Below are positions 1 through 11,188 of a stretch of DNA of 64,000 bases, in pieces; position 1 is the first letter of the stretch, and the number at the start of each line of letters is the position of its first letter. Origin of the DNA: Monocercomonoides exilis PA203 (lineage: Eukaryota; Protista; Preaxostyla). Under the pieces are notes generated by a model. That model worked only from the letters and a program-made list of their open reading frames with translations. It had not been told where the DNA came from and made no database searches. The position numbers and the translations under genes are program-made. The stretch spans positions 124,001 through 188,000 of the forward strand of contig LSRY02000027.1 in NCBI GenBank assembly GCA_001643675.2. The letters run 5' to 3'.

Positions 1-56
1 ACTTTTTGGATTTTTCTTTAACTTTTCGAACCTTTCTTTAACTTTTTCGTGCCCAG
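1..56. repeat. Possible right terminus of a further DNA transposon lying mostly left of the window
   Basis: Tandem ~20-bp unit TTTCTTTAACTTTT(T)CG twice, ending in GTGCCC (reads GGGCAC... inward). Same repeat-in-TIR layout as other termini here. No partner inside the window. Confidence 0.3.
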
Positions 57-1897
57 TTGGGGAATTTTATTTTTTATGATGTGATCTTTCTTATTTTTGT
101 TTTCCAGTTATTTCAATAGCACTTTGAAAATAAGAAGCGTGTTACAAAGAGAAGGTTTATATATCAGTTTGAAAACTTTCAAATTTACTTTTTTTTAAAA
201 TATGTTCAATTTTGATTCTTCTTTTGAATATAACATATAAACCAGATATCCTGACACTGACTTCGACAATATTCAATATAAATTTGAATTGCCGTGTTTA
301 TTTTTATGAAATTGATGAATTTATCGATTGAATTTAAACATTTGTTGAAAAAATATTCTTCTGAATGAAATTTTCAATTTTTGTTTGTTTGTTAGTTATT
401 TAATAGCATATCAGTATTTTCTTTTATATTTTTTGTAAAAAAAAGTTAAAATAAAATTCAAGAACTCATTATTAAAAGCTTTCTGTTTAATTTTTGAAAA
501 AGTTAAAAATTTGTGATGTGAAAAGGAAAAAACAATAAAAACTTAATGCTTTTCTTTGAGAAGAGCTTGCAACGGTGTTTGTGTTGGTTGTTGACTTAAG
601 GCATTTGATAAAATTGTTGATGAAGAGGCAGAGGAACTGGGCGTTGAACGAAACAATCGAGTTGATTTCCACTGGTTAGGGATGTACCAGGAATGCTGAT
701 CTCTTGTATCTTTTCTTTCTTTATTTGTCATTTCGCTCTCTTTTTCTATTTTTTTGTCTCTTTCCTCTTTTTCTTCCAATGAGACTTTCTTTTTCATTTC
801 TTTCGTTATATTTTCTTGGATCTGAACGTCTTTTGGGTCTTGGGACTCATCCGAATCATCTGAAAAAGTAAAGTTATGGCATATAAATATATAAAAATGA
901 ATAAATAACATGAAAAAGAACAATATGGGTTGAAAAATAAAAAACACACTATCTGCCTGAATAGGCAGAATTGTTAATCTTGGTGATGGAACTTGGCTCG
1001 GATTAAGTCTATTTTTCATTCTAACTCTGTATTGTTCATTTGCAATGTTCTTTGCCTTCTGTCTTTTCAAATACTCAATTGTCAGAGCATCTAAAAAACG
1101 TTGATTTGCATCCAGATCATGAGTAGTCAAAGGATTTTTCAAAATATGGTAATTTGTTAAACAACAGGCAACAATAAAATAATCTGCTATTCTTTCAGGC
1201 TCAAAAGGCCACTGCCTCCGGAAAACAGGAAATAGCGTCTTGAGCCTTCCAAAAAACCGTTCAACTATTACTCTTTTCGATGCCAATTCTTGAGTACCCA
1301 CAGGTTTAGTAATAATTGCATCAAGCTCTGGCTTTGCCCCGACATAGGCAGAGTCAGCCAGTATTTTCGAGCCTTTCAGTTGATCCTTAAAGAGCGGATA
1401 ATGCTCCTTAAACACTGTGAAATCATGAGTGGACCCTGTGTGAACAGAACTTATTGTGCAGGCTGTTCCAACAGCAGGGTTCACTCCGACTTCGACCTTC
1501 ACACAATAGATGTGGTGTTTGCCACTGTAGAATTTTTTGCCATTCATTAGACTACCTCCTGGCCTGTTTATTGGTAAAACGGTGCAATCCAGAACAATTG
1601 CAACATCATTCATATCGATTAAGCGATTCTCTCTGAATGTCAAAAATAAATGGGTAAGTGGCTCTTTGATATCGGAAACAATTGAATGAAGCAATTTGAC
1701 TGTTGAATTTTTTGTTTGATAGTAAGAAGATGCCAAAATATGAGTTAATGTTGTAGAGCCATCATGCAAAAAATTCATTAAAAGAAATAACTGATCTCTG
1801 AACTCGTTCACTGCTCTTTCCTTTCCTCTGTGGGGAGAAACCTCATCGCTAAGAAGTCGCACAAGGAGATCGAATTCAAACTGGGCAAAACTTGTTA

Positions 1898-3282
1898 GGT
1901 ATAAGGGTACGATATGGGAGTTTTCAAAACTCCTTAAAACATATTTATTTGTAATTCATATGGTCACTATTCATCATTATTCATGTTTATAATCATCGGA
2001 AATGTGTGTGGATGAAAAATAAAAAATATGAAAAAAATAAAAAAAATCATTTATGGTTCATAATCTGAAGTTTTTTCTTCTTCTGTCTCGAGCCCTGACG
2101 ATTCTTCCTCAGTTTCTTCATCTCCCAAAATATCTTCAATTTGAGGGATTTCGGAATCTTCATCTTCAACTTCCTCTTCTGCAAGAACTTCTGCTGGCTT
2201 TTCCACAGCTTTATACTTAACGATCGTAGGTGAAATATCTTGAAATTTATATTTCAAAGATGTTTTTACCAGAAACATAGCTAAATGATCTGCAATCAAT
2301 GATTTTCTCACTCCATACTGAGGAAATGATTTGCGCAATGTTCCCCACAATCCCTCTATCGTATTGGTGCACGCACCCGTAACTGGATCTTCAAAATTTC
2401 TTTTGTGGCATACAGTTTTGTGAGTGTAATTGTATTGATCCAAAGTGGAGTATGCTTTCCACTCGTCGCTCATAATTGAAGTACCACTTCGAATTGTTTC
2501 CAAAATGATGGGAAAAAGAGTTTCCCTCTTTCTGTTAGGCACAACTTTCACAAAACGAGGACCAGCTCCACCTCCCTCCAACCTCTCAACCCCACCAAAT
2601 ATCCAAATTTGTTCCTTTCTTCTTCCTCTCTTATATTTTCTTCTCCTCCACACAGCCTCGTCAATTTCAACCACTTTTCCTTCTCCTCCTATTGAGTTTT
2701 GATGTAAATTCCAAATTTCCATGCAGGAAACTCTAACGACACTGCACCTAAATCCAACAGTTTTCCTATCCACTCCCAGCATTTTCGAAATGAACTTAAT
2801 ATTTGCGCCTTCCCAATACCACAAAATGATTCTAAAAACCTTCCCCAATCCTAATTTGTTCCCAGAGAAAACTGTTTCATCATATACAGATTTCTTTCTA
2901 TTGCATTTTGAGCAGTGCCAATATCTGTAAAACTATTCACCTTTTAGAACAATCATTTTTCTTCTGCAACGGACACAAATTTTCGCTTCGTTTTTCAAGA
3001 CATTCTCGTAAAACCACCTCCACGCTCCGTCTTCGTCTGTGAAAACATTATCCAGCTGATGCGGCTTAATTATCTGAAAATCCAGCATTGCCATTTCAAT
3101 ATTTCAATTTTGATCACAACCCATAACAACTTGAAATTGACCTTTTTCAAAAAAAATTTGAAAATTATTATTATGGATTTCCGATGATTATTAACATGTA
3201 TTATGATGATTAATAATCATATTAATTACAAATAAATATGTTTAAAGAAGTTTTGAAAACTCCCATATCATACCCATATGCC
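1898..3282 (-). mobile_element. Merlin (IS1595/ISXO2-like) DNA transposon
   Basis: ~100-bp imperfect TIRs starting GG (GGTATAAGGGTACGATATGGGAGTTTTCAAAAC vs reverse complement GGCATATGGGTATGATATGGGAGTTTTCAAAAC). 8-bp TSD ACTTGTTA (1890-1897) / ACCTGTTA (3283-3290). Confidence 0.93.
2051..3094 (-). pseudogene. Merlin transposase with one premature TAG
   Basis: CVRC...CSKC zinc ribbon, HTH, VEIDEA, WIFGGVER, IMSDEWKAY, H..V.H...F.DP..GA.TN.IEGLW. In-frame TAG at 2933-2935 is the only visible lesion in 347 codons. Confidence 0.88.
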
Positions 3283-3644
3283 ACCTGTTAATCGGAAATA
3301 TGATGTTATTGGTTCACCTGTCAACTTTTTTGCAAAATCAATTACAGATTTTTTTGTCTCCTTTTTTTCAACTTCAACTCGTTCTGGAATTGCATTTCGC
3401 TTTTCGACGGAACTCAAGACATCAAGAAATGATGTTTGAGACATCAGCGATAAACCAACGTTGTTCACGGATCAATATTTCCCATTTTTTGAATATAATT
3501 TCTTAGGATCGAGTTCCCATCATTTCAACTATCGGATGTGACTCAATCACATCGATGTGATTCGAACTTTTTCATTCTTTCTCAAACTTTTTGTTTCGAG
3601 ATTAATAAAAGAAGAATTGATTAAATAACATCAATGAAGTTCTA

Positions 3645-5327
3645 GTCGGGGAGGAAACCCGATCCAGGGAGGAAACCCGACCCACTGATCTAAAAAAACA
3701 TTTAAGATAAATTGATGAAATTTTATGTTTTTTTGACGAAAAAAATATGTTCAATATATGAAAAATGCACTGTTAACAGAAAAAAAAAACTGAATAAAAT
3801 AATAAGCACGATTTTCAAAAACAGAAATTCAAATAAATGTATTATTAACTGAAATTGAGAAAAAGTCTTAATTTAAGCAAAAAGTTGATGATCATCGTCA
3901 GATGAATAATAGACTGCTCCAAATGAAGCACATTCTGGTGCTCTTTCAGGATTTATTTGTGAGGCAGCCCATTGAGGAGGGGCATCAGGCAAACGATTCA
4001 AAACTGCATTTTTGTCCATTGGAAATAAGCCGCAAACCCTCCACGAAGCAATTATCGTTGAAGGGTAACTAGCAGCTGATAGTCCATTTTTCAATGTTCG
4101 AATAAATGCTTCTCTTCTCTCCGCAGCCGTCGTAGCCTTCCCGCTTTCCGTTGCCTTGCTGAAATTCCTCTTTAAACTCGCAAACACAAATTGGTCGTTG
4201 GGCTGTAGAATATGAGAGGTGTGAGAAGGAAGTTTTATCAAATCTATTAAATTGTCTCTGCAAACTTTTTTCATTTCATCGCTGAAATGACCCACACCTC
4301 CATCCATGACCAGCATAGCATGATCATATTGCTTTCCTATGGCGCACCGTTTTTTGTTTATTTCTGGCAAAAATATTTTTTTTGAACAATTCAGCAAATA
4401 ATGACGATGTTAAATGGCCTGACGTGGTTGGAATAAAAACTTCAGTTGAGGTTGTGGCAAGAAGATATTCAGCTGGAATTGTTTTGAAGTGAATGAGAAC
4501 TGGTGCAAGGTATCTGCACCCATCGGCGCTAGTCATTACAATGATGGATGTGGAGGTTGGCAGAGACGATTCTGGAGTGATTGATGATGGTACAGAAGAT
4601 GATGAAGCTACCTGTTCTTCTAACAAAGCTGAAAAAACTGTTGATGTTTCATCAATATTGAACATCAATTGAGGAATAGGTTTCACTTTGAAGAAATATT
4701 TTTCGTAGGCGTCGAAAAACGGAATTAATACAGCTTTGCATGAATGTGCAGCCCTTCCAATGGGCAGCGGTTTCGGCTTTTGCAAGCTGATTTTTTTATG
4801 TCTTAACAAAAAACGATCAACCCAATGCTTGTCCACAGTTTTGATTTCTTCTCCTTCGCTTCTTTTTTTGCACAATAATTCATTTGCCTGAAAAACAAAA
4901 AAAGTTAAAAAAATGATGAAAAGACTTGTTTTCACACCATTTGTATAATATTTCGTTTCGTGTGATTAATTCCGATCCTAATGTCCTCCAAAATCCTCTC
5001 TTCAAACTCATCTTCTTCTGCTTTAGTAAACAATGTTGGTCTACCGTTTTTTCTTAAATCTCTCCCTTCTTTTCTTGCTTTCAAGGCTCTCACCAAACAT
5101 CCTCTCGAAATCAACCTGCTTTCCTCGATTTCACGACCGGAATATTGCAAAATATCATAGGCATACAAGGCCTTGATAAACTCATCTCCAATAGAACGCA
5201 TATCACTCGATGCTTTAATTCTGACAAGAGAAGGTTTCTTTTCCATTGTTTTGATCAAAAACATTAATCAAAGTTTTTGATCAAAAATGGATCGGGTTTC
5301 CTCCCTGGATCGGGTTTCCTCCCCGAC
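3645..5327 (-). mobile_element. pogo-type (Tc1/mariner superfamily) DNA transposon
   Basis: 40-bp TIRs 3645-3684 and 5288-5327 (39/40 identical), each with two 18-bp GGGAGGAAACCCGA(T/C)CCA units. Flanked by (C)TA(G) on both sides. Confidence 0.92.
3873..5264 (-). pseudogene. pogo DD35D transposase, two exons, one frameshift
   Basis: GRPT, CENP-B-like HTH (WVDRFLLRH), FNIDET, LVMDG...H, LPSHTSHILQPND with 35 residues between second and third Asp. Phase-0 intron 4888-4937. Frameshift in the 8-nt homopolymer 4376-4383. Confidence 0.87.
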
Positions 5328-5800
5328 TAGATAAAAGACTTAGAAACGTTCCTGTTTCAATCTCGATATGGTGAAGAAAAACTTCAAAAGCTAACTGAAA
5401 AAGTCTTTTAATAAGTTGAAAAACTTAGACATTCATTGAAGATATAAACATTTTGAATCATTAACAGAAACTTCATGCAATGTTTGGTATATTACACAAA
5501 TTTTTGTAACTTCAAGTTCAGTGAGATGTAATGTGATGATTATTTGTCAAAACCTTCTGAAAATACAGCACATTTTAAAAACACATTTATGGATTCCGGA
5601 AATTTTTTTTTTAATTTGAATATTGATTCAAAGTATTTGATTGAGTTAATACATGTGTGATAACTTTTGAAATCACATCTTTTCGATCAAATAATTCAGT
5701 TTGATAATTTGGGGTGAAATATGTCACTTCAAGCTTTTTCATAAAAAAATTATGTTCTTTTTATTGTCTTTTTTGATCAAAAAATGCAAGCTATTTTTTT

Positions 5801-6058
5801 TTTCAATAAGGCTAATTTTTTTTGTAAAGTTCCTATTGTTTAATTTTCAAATAGAATAAAAATTTCATATTTCGATCAATTTTCTGTTCCCACTCACCAA
5901 ATTTCGATGTCATGAAAGAAAAATTATTGCGATGTTATTATTTTCATGACAGCGAAATTTGGTGAGTGGGAACAGAAAATTGATCGAAATATGAAATTTT
6001 TATTCTATTTGAAAATTTAACAAAAGGAACTTTTCAAAAAAAATTAGCCTTATTGAAA
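5801..6058. repeat. Foldback inverted repeat (MITE-like), ~117-bp arms, 24-nt spacer
   Basis: 5801-5917 is a near-perfect reverse complement of 5942-6058, with only scattered mismatches. Confidence 0.92.
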
Positions 6059-6059
6059 T

Positions 6060-6427
6060 ATTTGTTGTGTCACAAAACATTGTGTTATCAAAATATTGAT
6101 GCATGTTAACAATTATAAAAAATCCAATTTATTTTTAAACCTGATAGAGTTTACCAAAGTTATGAGTGAAACCTTAATTTTGTCCTTTGTGCAAAAAATG
6201 TTTGGAAGTTCTTTATTACCCCCATTTTGTTTTGATTTTTTTTTATGAACACAGAAAAGTGACAACTCCTTTTTGAAACTGTCACGTTCTTTCTTTATTA
6301 CTAAATTTTTGCATTTGAAACAATTGAAATGATTTTTTTATTTCACTGACAAATTTCTTTTCTCTAACAATGATTTTTCATTATTATCATCACCCGGAAA
6401 AAGCTATGATTTCAAAAATAATCACCC
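6060..6427. mobile_element. Decayed internally deleted derivative of the ISL2EU element, inverted relative to copy 2
   Basis: 6060-6230 resembles the reverse complement of 10325-10490. 6300-6427 resembles the reverse complement of 7123-7245 and ends CAAAAATAATCACCC. Confidence 0.55.
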
Positions 6428-7122
6428 AAGTGTATATTTTGTTTTTTTGGAATGAACTTGAACAGCATTTATTGATAAGTCTTAACCGAATTCTGTCACA
6501 ACGGTTTTGACATGTCTTTTTGAGAAGAAAAATGAGAGTAATTCAATCCGGTGTTTTGCTGTCCAACGATGAATATTTTTTCGCAATACACTTTTATTAT
6601 TTTCAATAAACTTCTTATTCGAAAATTTTTTGTTGCTTGTTTTATATGTATTGAAAATGAAATGATAATACCGCTGTGATTAATAATTTCAGCATTAAAC
6701 GAATATAACAAAATTATTATTACTATTTTTATAAAAGTCCAATTAAAATTTTCAGATTGGTGTATACACAATTTTAAAGAAAATAATTTTCAAAAAATAC
6801 GAAAAAACATTTTCGAATTTCGGATTTCTGTCAAAACCAAGTGCTCACCCTTTAATTTTTTCAAGAAAGGAATATTTGACATTAGACCTTTTTCGTGTCA
6901 ATCTATGATATTTGCAAAGAATAAGTGATAGTGAATTGGAAAGTATTTATTTGTTTTGATTGAATCAAATACGATTTTACTCAATCAGAATCTTGATCAC
7001 TTTTAAATTTTGCTATATGCCACGTTCGATCGACTATATTTTATAAGTCTTTCATAGTTTGATATTTGCATTTTGGATGTATTCAGACTTTCTACAAAAT
7101 AATAATTAATGTTTTTTTACAT

Positions 7123-10100
7123 GGGTGATTATTTTTGTAATCATAACTTTTTTCGGGGTGTTGATTTTTAAAAGATTGTTTGTCAATGTGAAGTGTTTTT
7201 GTATTTTGATGATAAAATAATTGCAATTGTTTCAAAAACAAATGTTATTTCCAAATCAAAGATAAAAATGTCTTCTATGAGCTTTTTCATTTTTCAGAGT
7301 TCTTTTGTTGGTATTCAAGGAAAATTTTCGAAACGAAATTTTTGAATAAAAAAAATTTGATTTCATAAACAATGTCATTGTTTTTGTAAACAATCAAATT
7401 GAATAACTGTTTCTGATTCGGATCGAATCAGTTGGACAAAATCTATTATTTTATGAACGAAGAAATTGTGCCAAAGAAAAAAACCAACAATGTTTATTCA
7501 TTTTTATCTTGTTTCAGCTTTCACTTCTTTCGTTTTTTGATTATTACTTCGATCAGACATAAAAACTGCAATATGGACTAATATGATTTTTATTCATATT
7601 TTTTGAAACATCAGAATTTTTTTCATGAAAAAAAAAGTTGTTAATAATGAATGATTATTATTTATAAATGATTTGAAACATGTCATTGAAAATGAATGAA
7701 TGAGACAAAGACAAAAAAAGCACTGAGAACATCATTCAATGAATTCTATTGTGAATAAAAAACTGGAACTTTGATTCTCTCTTGATACGGAGTTACAAAT
7801 GAAGCTAAAGAACCAACAGAAAAGTTTCTTTCGTTCTCGGAGCTCATTTGAGATTAAAAAGTGTGATTTTTTCGAAGATGTTGGATTCAATGAAGGAATT
7901 GATGTTGAAGATGATGATATTGATGTTGATCGAGAAGAATCTGAAATTGAAGAATCTTCCAAGATCGAAAAATCAGAAGATTGAATTGTTTCAAAATTTG
8001 GAGACGACGATAAAAATGATAAAAAATGATTTGTTGAGTTTGTTGTTGATAATGATGATGATGATGATGAAGCAGAAGAAATCGATAAAGATGTCGATTG
8101 GGAAGATAAAATATAAATTAAATCGTCTGAAGAGATTCACATAGTCCCATTGCATCGGAAGATGCCAAGAGTGAAAACAATCTGTTTTTTGTTGTTAGTT
8201 ATCTTCTTTTTGTCTTTCTTTATCCTGAATTTCAGCTCTTCTTTCATTTCTTTCACTTGTCACTTTGTGAACTTCGATTATTCTTCTTTCTTTCGCTTGC
8301 AGCCTTTGTGAATCTAAATGATCCATAACAGAATCATCAATAATAATCAATATGGATATAAGAAAATTGAAAAAAAAATTTTTTTTTCAAAATGAAAAAT
8401 TCAATAATGGTGAAAGAACGAAAAATAAGCCTCTTATTTTCTCGATATTTATATAAATGTTGGGTTCCATGGAAGTTCCAAGATTGAGTCTATTCTTCAA
8501 TTCGTGAATGTTTCTTTCTTCGCTCTTCTTTTTGCTTCTTTCCTATGTGTATTTTCACTCAAAATATCATTCTTTATTTGAGTATTTTCTTCAGAATCTT
8601 TTTTTGTCAGTGGATTATGTAGAATTTGAAAATTTGTTTGACAACAGGCAACAAAAAAATAGTCAGAAACTTTTGATTCATCAAAAACAAACGGACGACG
8701 AAAAATTGTGAACAAAGTTTTCAACCTTCCAAAAAATCTTTTAACAACTCTTTTAGAAGCTAACTCTGGAGTATTAAGAGGTTTTGAAATTATCACTTCG
8801 AGATGGGGCTTTACAGCGATGTTTTCTGAATCAACAAGAATATTTGCTCCTCCAAGAAATGATTGATAAGTTGGATAATTATCCTTCAACATTGTGAAGT
8901 CATGAGTTGAACCTGTGAATACAGAACTGTCAGTGCTGACTGTTCCCAATCTGGGATTGACACACACCTCCGATTAAACTCAATACATATGATGTTTTCC
9001 ACTGAAATGTTATTTTTTATATTCCAATTTTCCTCCTGGGCGATTAATTGGAATTACCGTTCAATCAACAACAACGCAAATATTTTCTTATCCTGTAACT
9101 CTTTCTGGTCTGAATAAAATGAACAATTGTGAAAATTAATTTTTCAATTTTTCAACAGAAGAATGAAGAAGACGAACTGTTGAAGTTTGAGATGAATGTC
9201 TTGGCTTTGCAAGAAGATGAATTAATGTGCAAGATCCATGATGAAGAAAGTTGAGAAGTCAAAAAAGAGCTGTTCTTCAAGAGAATTTATTGATTTTGTT
9301 CTTCCTCGTTGTGTGTGTGAATAATCGGAAAGAAGACATAAAAGAATGTTGAATTCTGAACGAGCAAAGCCCGTCAGTCGAAAGAATGCAATTGATGTGT
9401 CTGTTAATTATTTAAATGCAAAGTCTTTAATACTTCGAAAAAATGAATCTTTTTCATCATGATATTGATTTGGAATGGTATTTCTTTGCTCCAAACGTTC
9501 CATAATTTATTATCAAAAAATTTGAGACACAACCTATTTTCAGAAATATTTATTAGCAACAATTTTAACCATTATTTCAATTCTTCTAAAATGATCATTA
9601 TCCCAGAATTTCTGAATTATAAATTGAGTCAATTAAAACTGATTTGATTGAAGATAAATAGATTTAAATTGATATCTTTTATTTTGAATATATTCAAATT
9701 GAAATATTTCTTGAAAAAAATTATATAGTTCTATTATCAAGTATTATTTTCATTCTGGTGAAAATTCATGAATGGGAACTGAAATCTTTTAATAAAATAA
9801 CAGAGAATTTTGAAAAATTTTGAGAAATAAACAATAATTTTTTTCTTAAAAAAAAAAAAAAAAAAAAAAAACCACCAAAATTTCACTTCATTGAAAAAGA
9901 AGCTCAAAAAAAGAAAATCAATTGTTTTTATTCTTTCTTTCTTTCTTTCTTTCTTTTTTGATAATGATTATTTCAACCATACAAAAACATAATCGAAATT
10001 TGTTAAAAATAGTCAATTTTGCATAATTCTCAAGTGAAAATGAAAACTGAATTGTTATATCAAATTTTCATTCCAACTTATCAATATTCAGAAGAGTGGA

Positions 10101-10508
10101 AATAAAAGCTTGACAATGCTATAAGTTCAATGCTGATGAAATTTGGTGAGTTTGAACGATACTGTTAATAAAAAATTATCAATCTTCATTTTCACAAGAA
10201 ATTTTAACAAAATAAACTTATCAAAAAATTTTTGTGAAACAAAAAGAATTCAAAAAAATTTTCATATTTTTCGTGAAACGTAATTCTCACAAAGTCTTTT
10301 TATATAGATATCGTTTGGAAGATAATTGAAGAAAATACGGACTTTCAAGCTTTTTATGCACAAAGATTGAAAAAATTGTTTTTCTCACAACATTTTTAAA
10401 CTTTATCAGATTGAAAAATAAAATTGATTTTCATTCCTGCTTACAGGCATCATTGAAATCAAAACAAAAAATTTTCCAATATTTCACGAATATCAAAAAA
10501 AATGACCC
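7123..10508 (-). mobile_element. Second ISL2EU-type element, apparently full length (3386 bp), degenerate
   Basis: TIRs GGGTGATTATTTTTG / GGGTCATTTTTTTTG (13/15), AT immediately outside both ends, enclosing a decayed homologue of the 543-3444 transposase. Confidence 0.7.
7732..9530 (-). pseudogene. Degenerate ISL2EU transposase (copy 2)
   Basis: FFRLTGFARSEF, INRPGG, VNPRLGT...GSTHDF, ELASKRVVKRFFGRLKTLF, YFFVACC, with multiple stops and frameshifts. 3' limit approximate. Confidence 0.85.
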
Positions 10509-10536
10509 ATTATTATTGTGCTTTTTGATATCAAAT

Positions 10537-10776
10537 GGGCAATTCTTTTTGAAAAGTCACAAATGTTTAATTATCAAATAAAATTAAATTTTCATATTTT
10601 TCTCAAATTTCTATTAACTAATATCAAACTTCACTTCAATCAAATCTGTTCATTGATAATGCTATTTCAAACATTCTTGAGGAGATTTGTGAGCTGAAAC
10701 AGAAATTTGAGCAAAATATGAAAATTAAATTATTTTTGAAAATGAAACATTTGTGACTTTTCAAAAAGAATCACCC
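10537..10776. mobile_element. MITE with ~76-bp inverted arms, related termini
   Basis: GGGCAATTCTTTTTGAAAAGTCACAAATGTTT... pairs with ...AAACATTTGTGACTTTTCAAAAAGAATCACCC. Arms resemble those of the 5801-6058 foldback. Confidence 0.75.
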
Positions 10777-10965
10777 AAATAGTTAATGAAAAGTGCAGAA
10801 TTTTTCAATGAAGATGCCTGAAGTCAAATATTTTGTCCCAATTACAAAAAGAAAGTTGTGCGAAAACAAACTGTTGATTTGAAATTTCCATTCTTTCTCA
10901 TTTTTGAGAAATGAATAATCAAAAAGATCAAAGCAATTGAAAGAACAGTTTTCTTTTTTGCTAAA

Positions 10966-11015
<50 letters not shown>

Positions 11016-11024
11016 TTCACAATA

Positions 11025-11067
11025 CAGATATCGCATAAAATACCGGACATCGCACAAAATACCGGAC
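11025..11067 (+). repeat. 19-bp tandem direct repeat after TA|CAG, probable solo Tc1/mariner-pogo TIR
   Basis: ATCGCATAAAATACCGGAC (11030-11048) and ATCGCACAAAATACCGGAC (11049-11067). No inverted partner seen. Confidence 0.5.
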
Positions 11068-11188
11068 AAGATCCATTTCACAACAACCATTCAAAGAGAA
11101 AATCTGATAATATTCCTCCAAATATATCAAAGCAAAGCTAACTCATTTGGCATTCCGGACATTCATTTTCGTGATGACTAAATATTTA

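Larger units (their letters stand above)
543..3444 (-). pseudogene. ISL2EU/ISL2-type (PIF/Harbinger superfamily, DDE_Tnp_4 + HTH) transposase, interrupted by a Merlin insertion
   Basis: Motifs FRLTGF, QLFLLMNFL, VLDCT...RP, FYSGKH, GSTHD, LADSAY, RVIVERFFGRLK. 5' part is 3444-3283 (MSQTSF...), 3' part 1889-543, with a predicted 90-nt intron at 860-949. Removing Merlin plus one TSD gives an open frame of ~472 aa. Confidence 0.85.

Noticed and set aside
2933-2935. In-frame TAG in Merlin as evidence for TAR-to-Gln reassignment (as in Streblomastix)
   Set aside because: Host genes terminate at TAA, TAG and TGA at expected positions (e.g. 13183, 55968) and conserved exons contain no in-frame TAR.
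2925-2940. 16-nt GT...AG mini-intron removing the Merlin stop
   Set aside because: It shifts the frame, loses the second CxxC and hits a stop.
6496-6771. 91-aa ORF between the transposon copies
   Set aside because: Very AT-rich, no motif, non-ATG start. Probably spurious.
9848-11012. Poly(A) runs as retroposon tails
   Set aside because: No target duplications or recognisable SINE/LINE body. Similar A/T runs occur in ordinary intergenic DNA.
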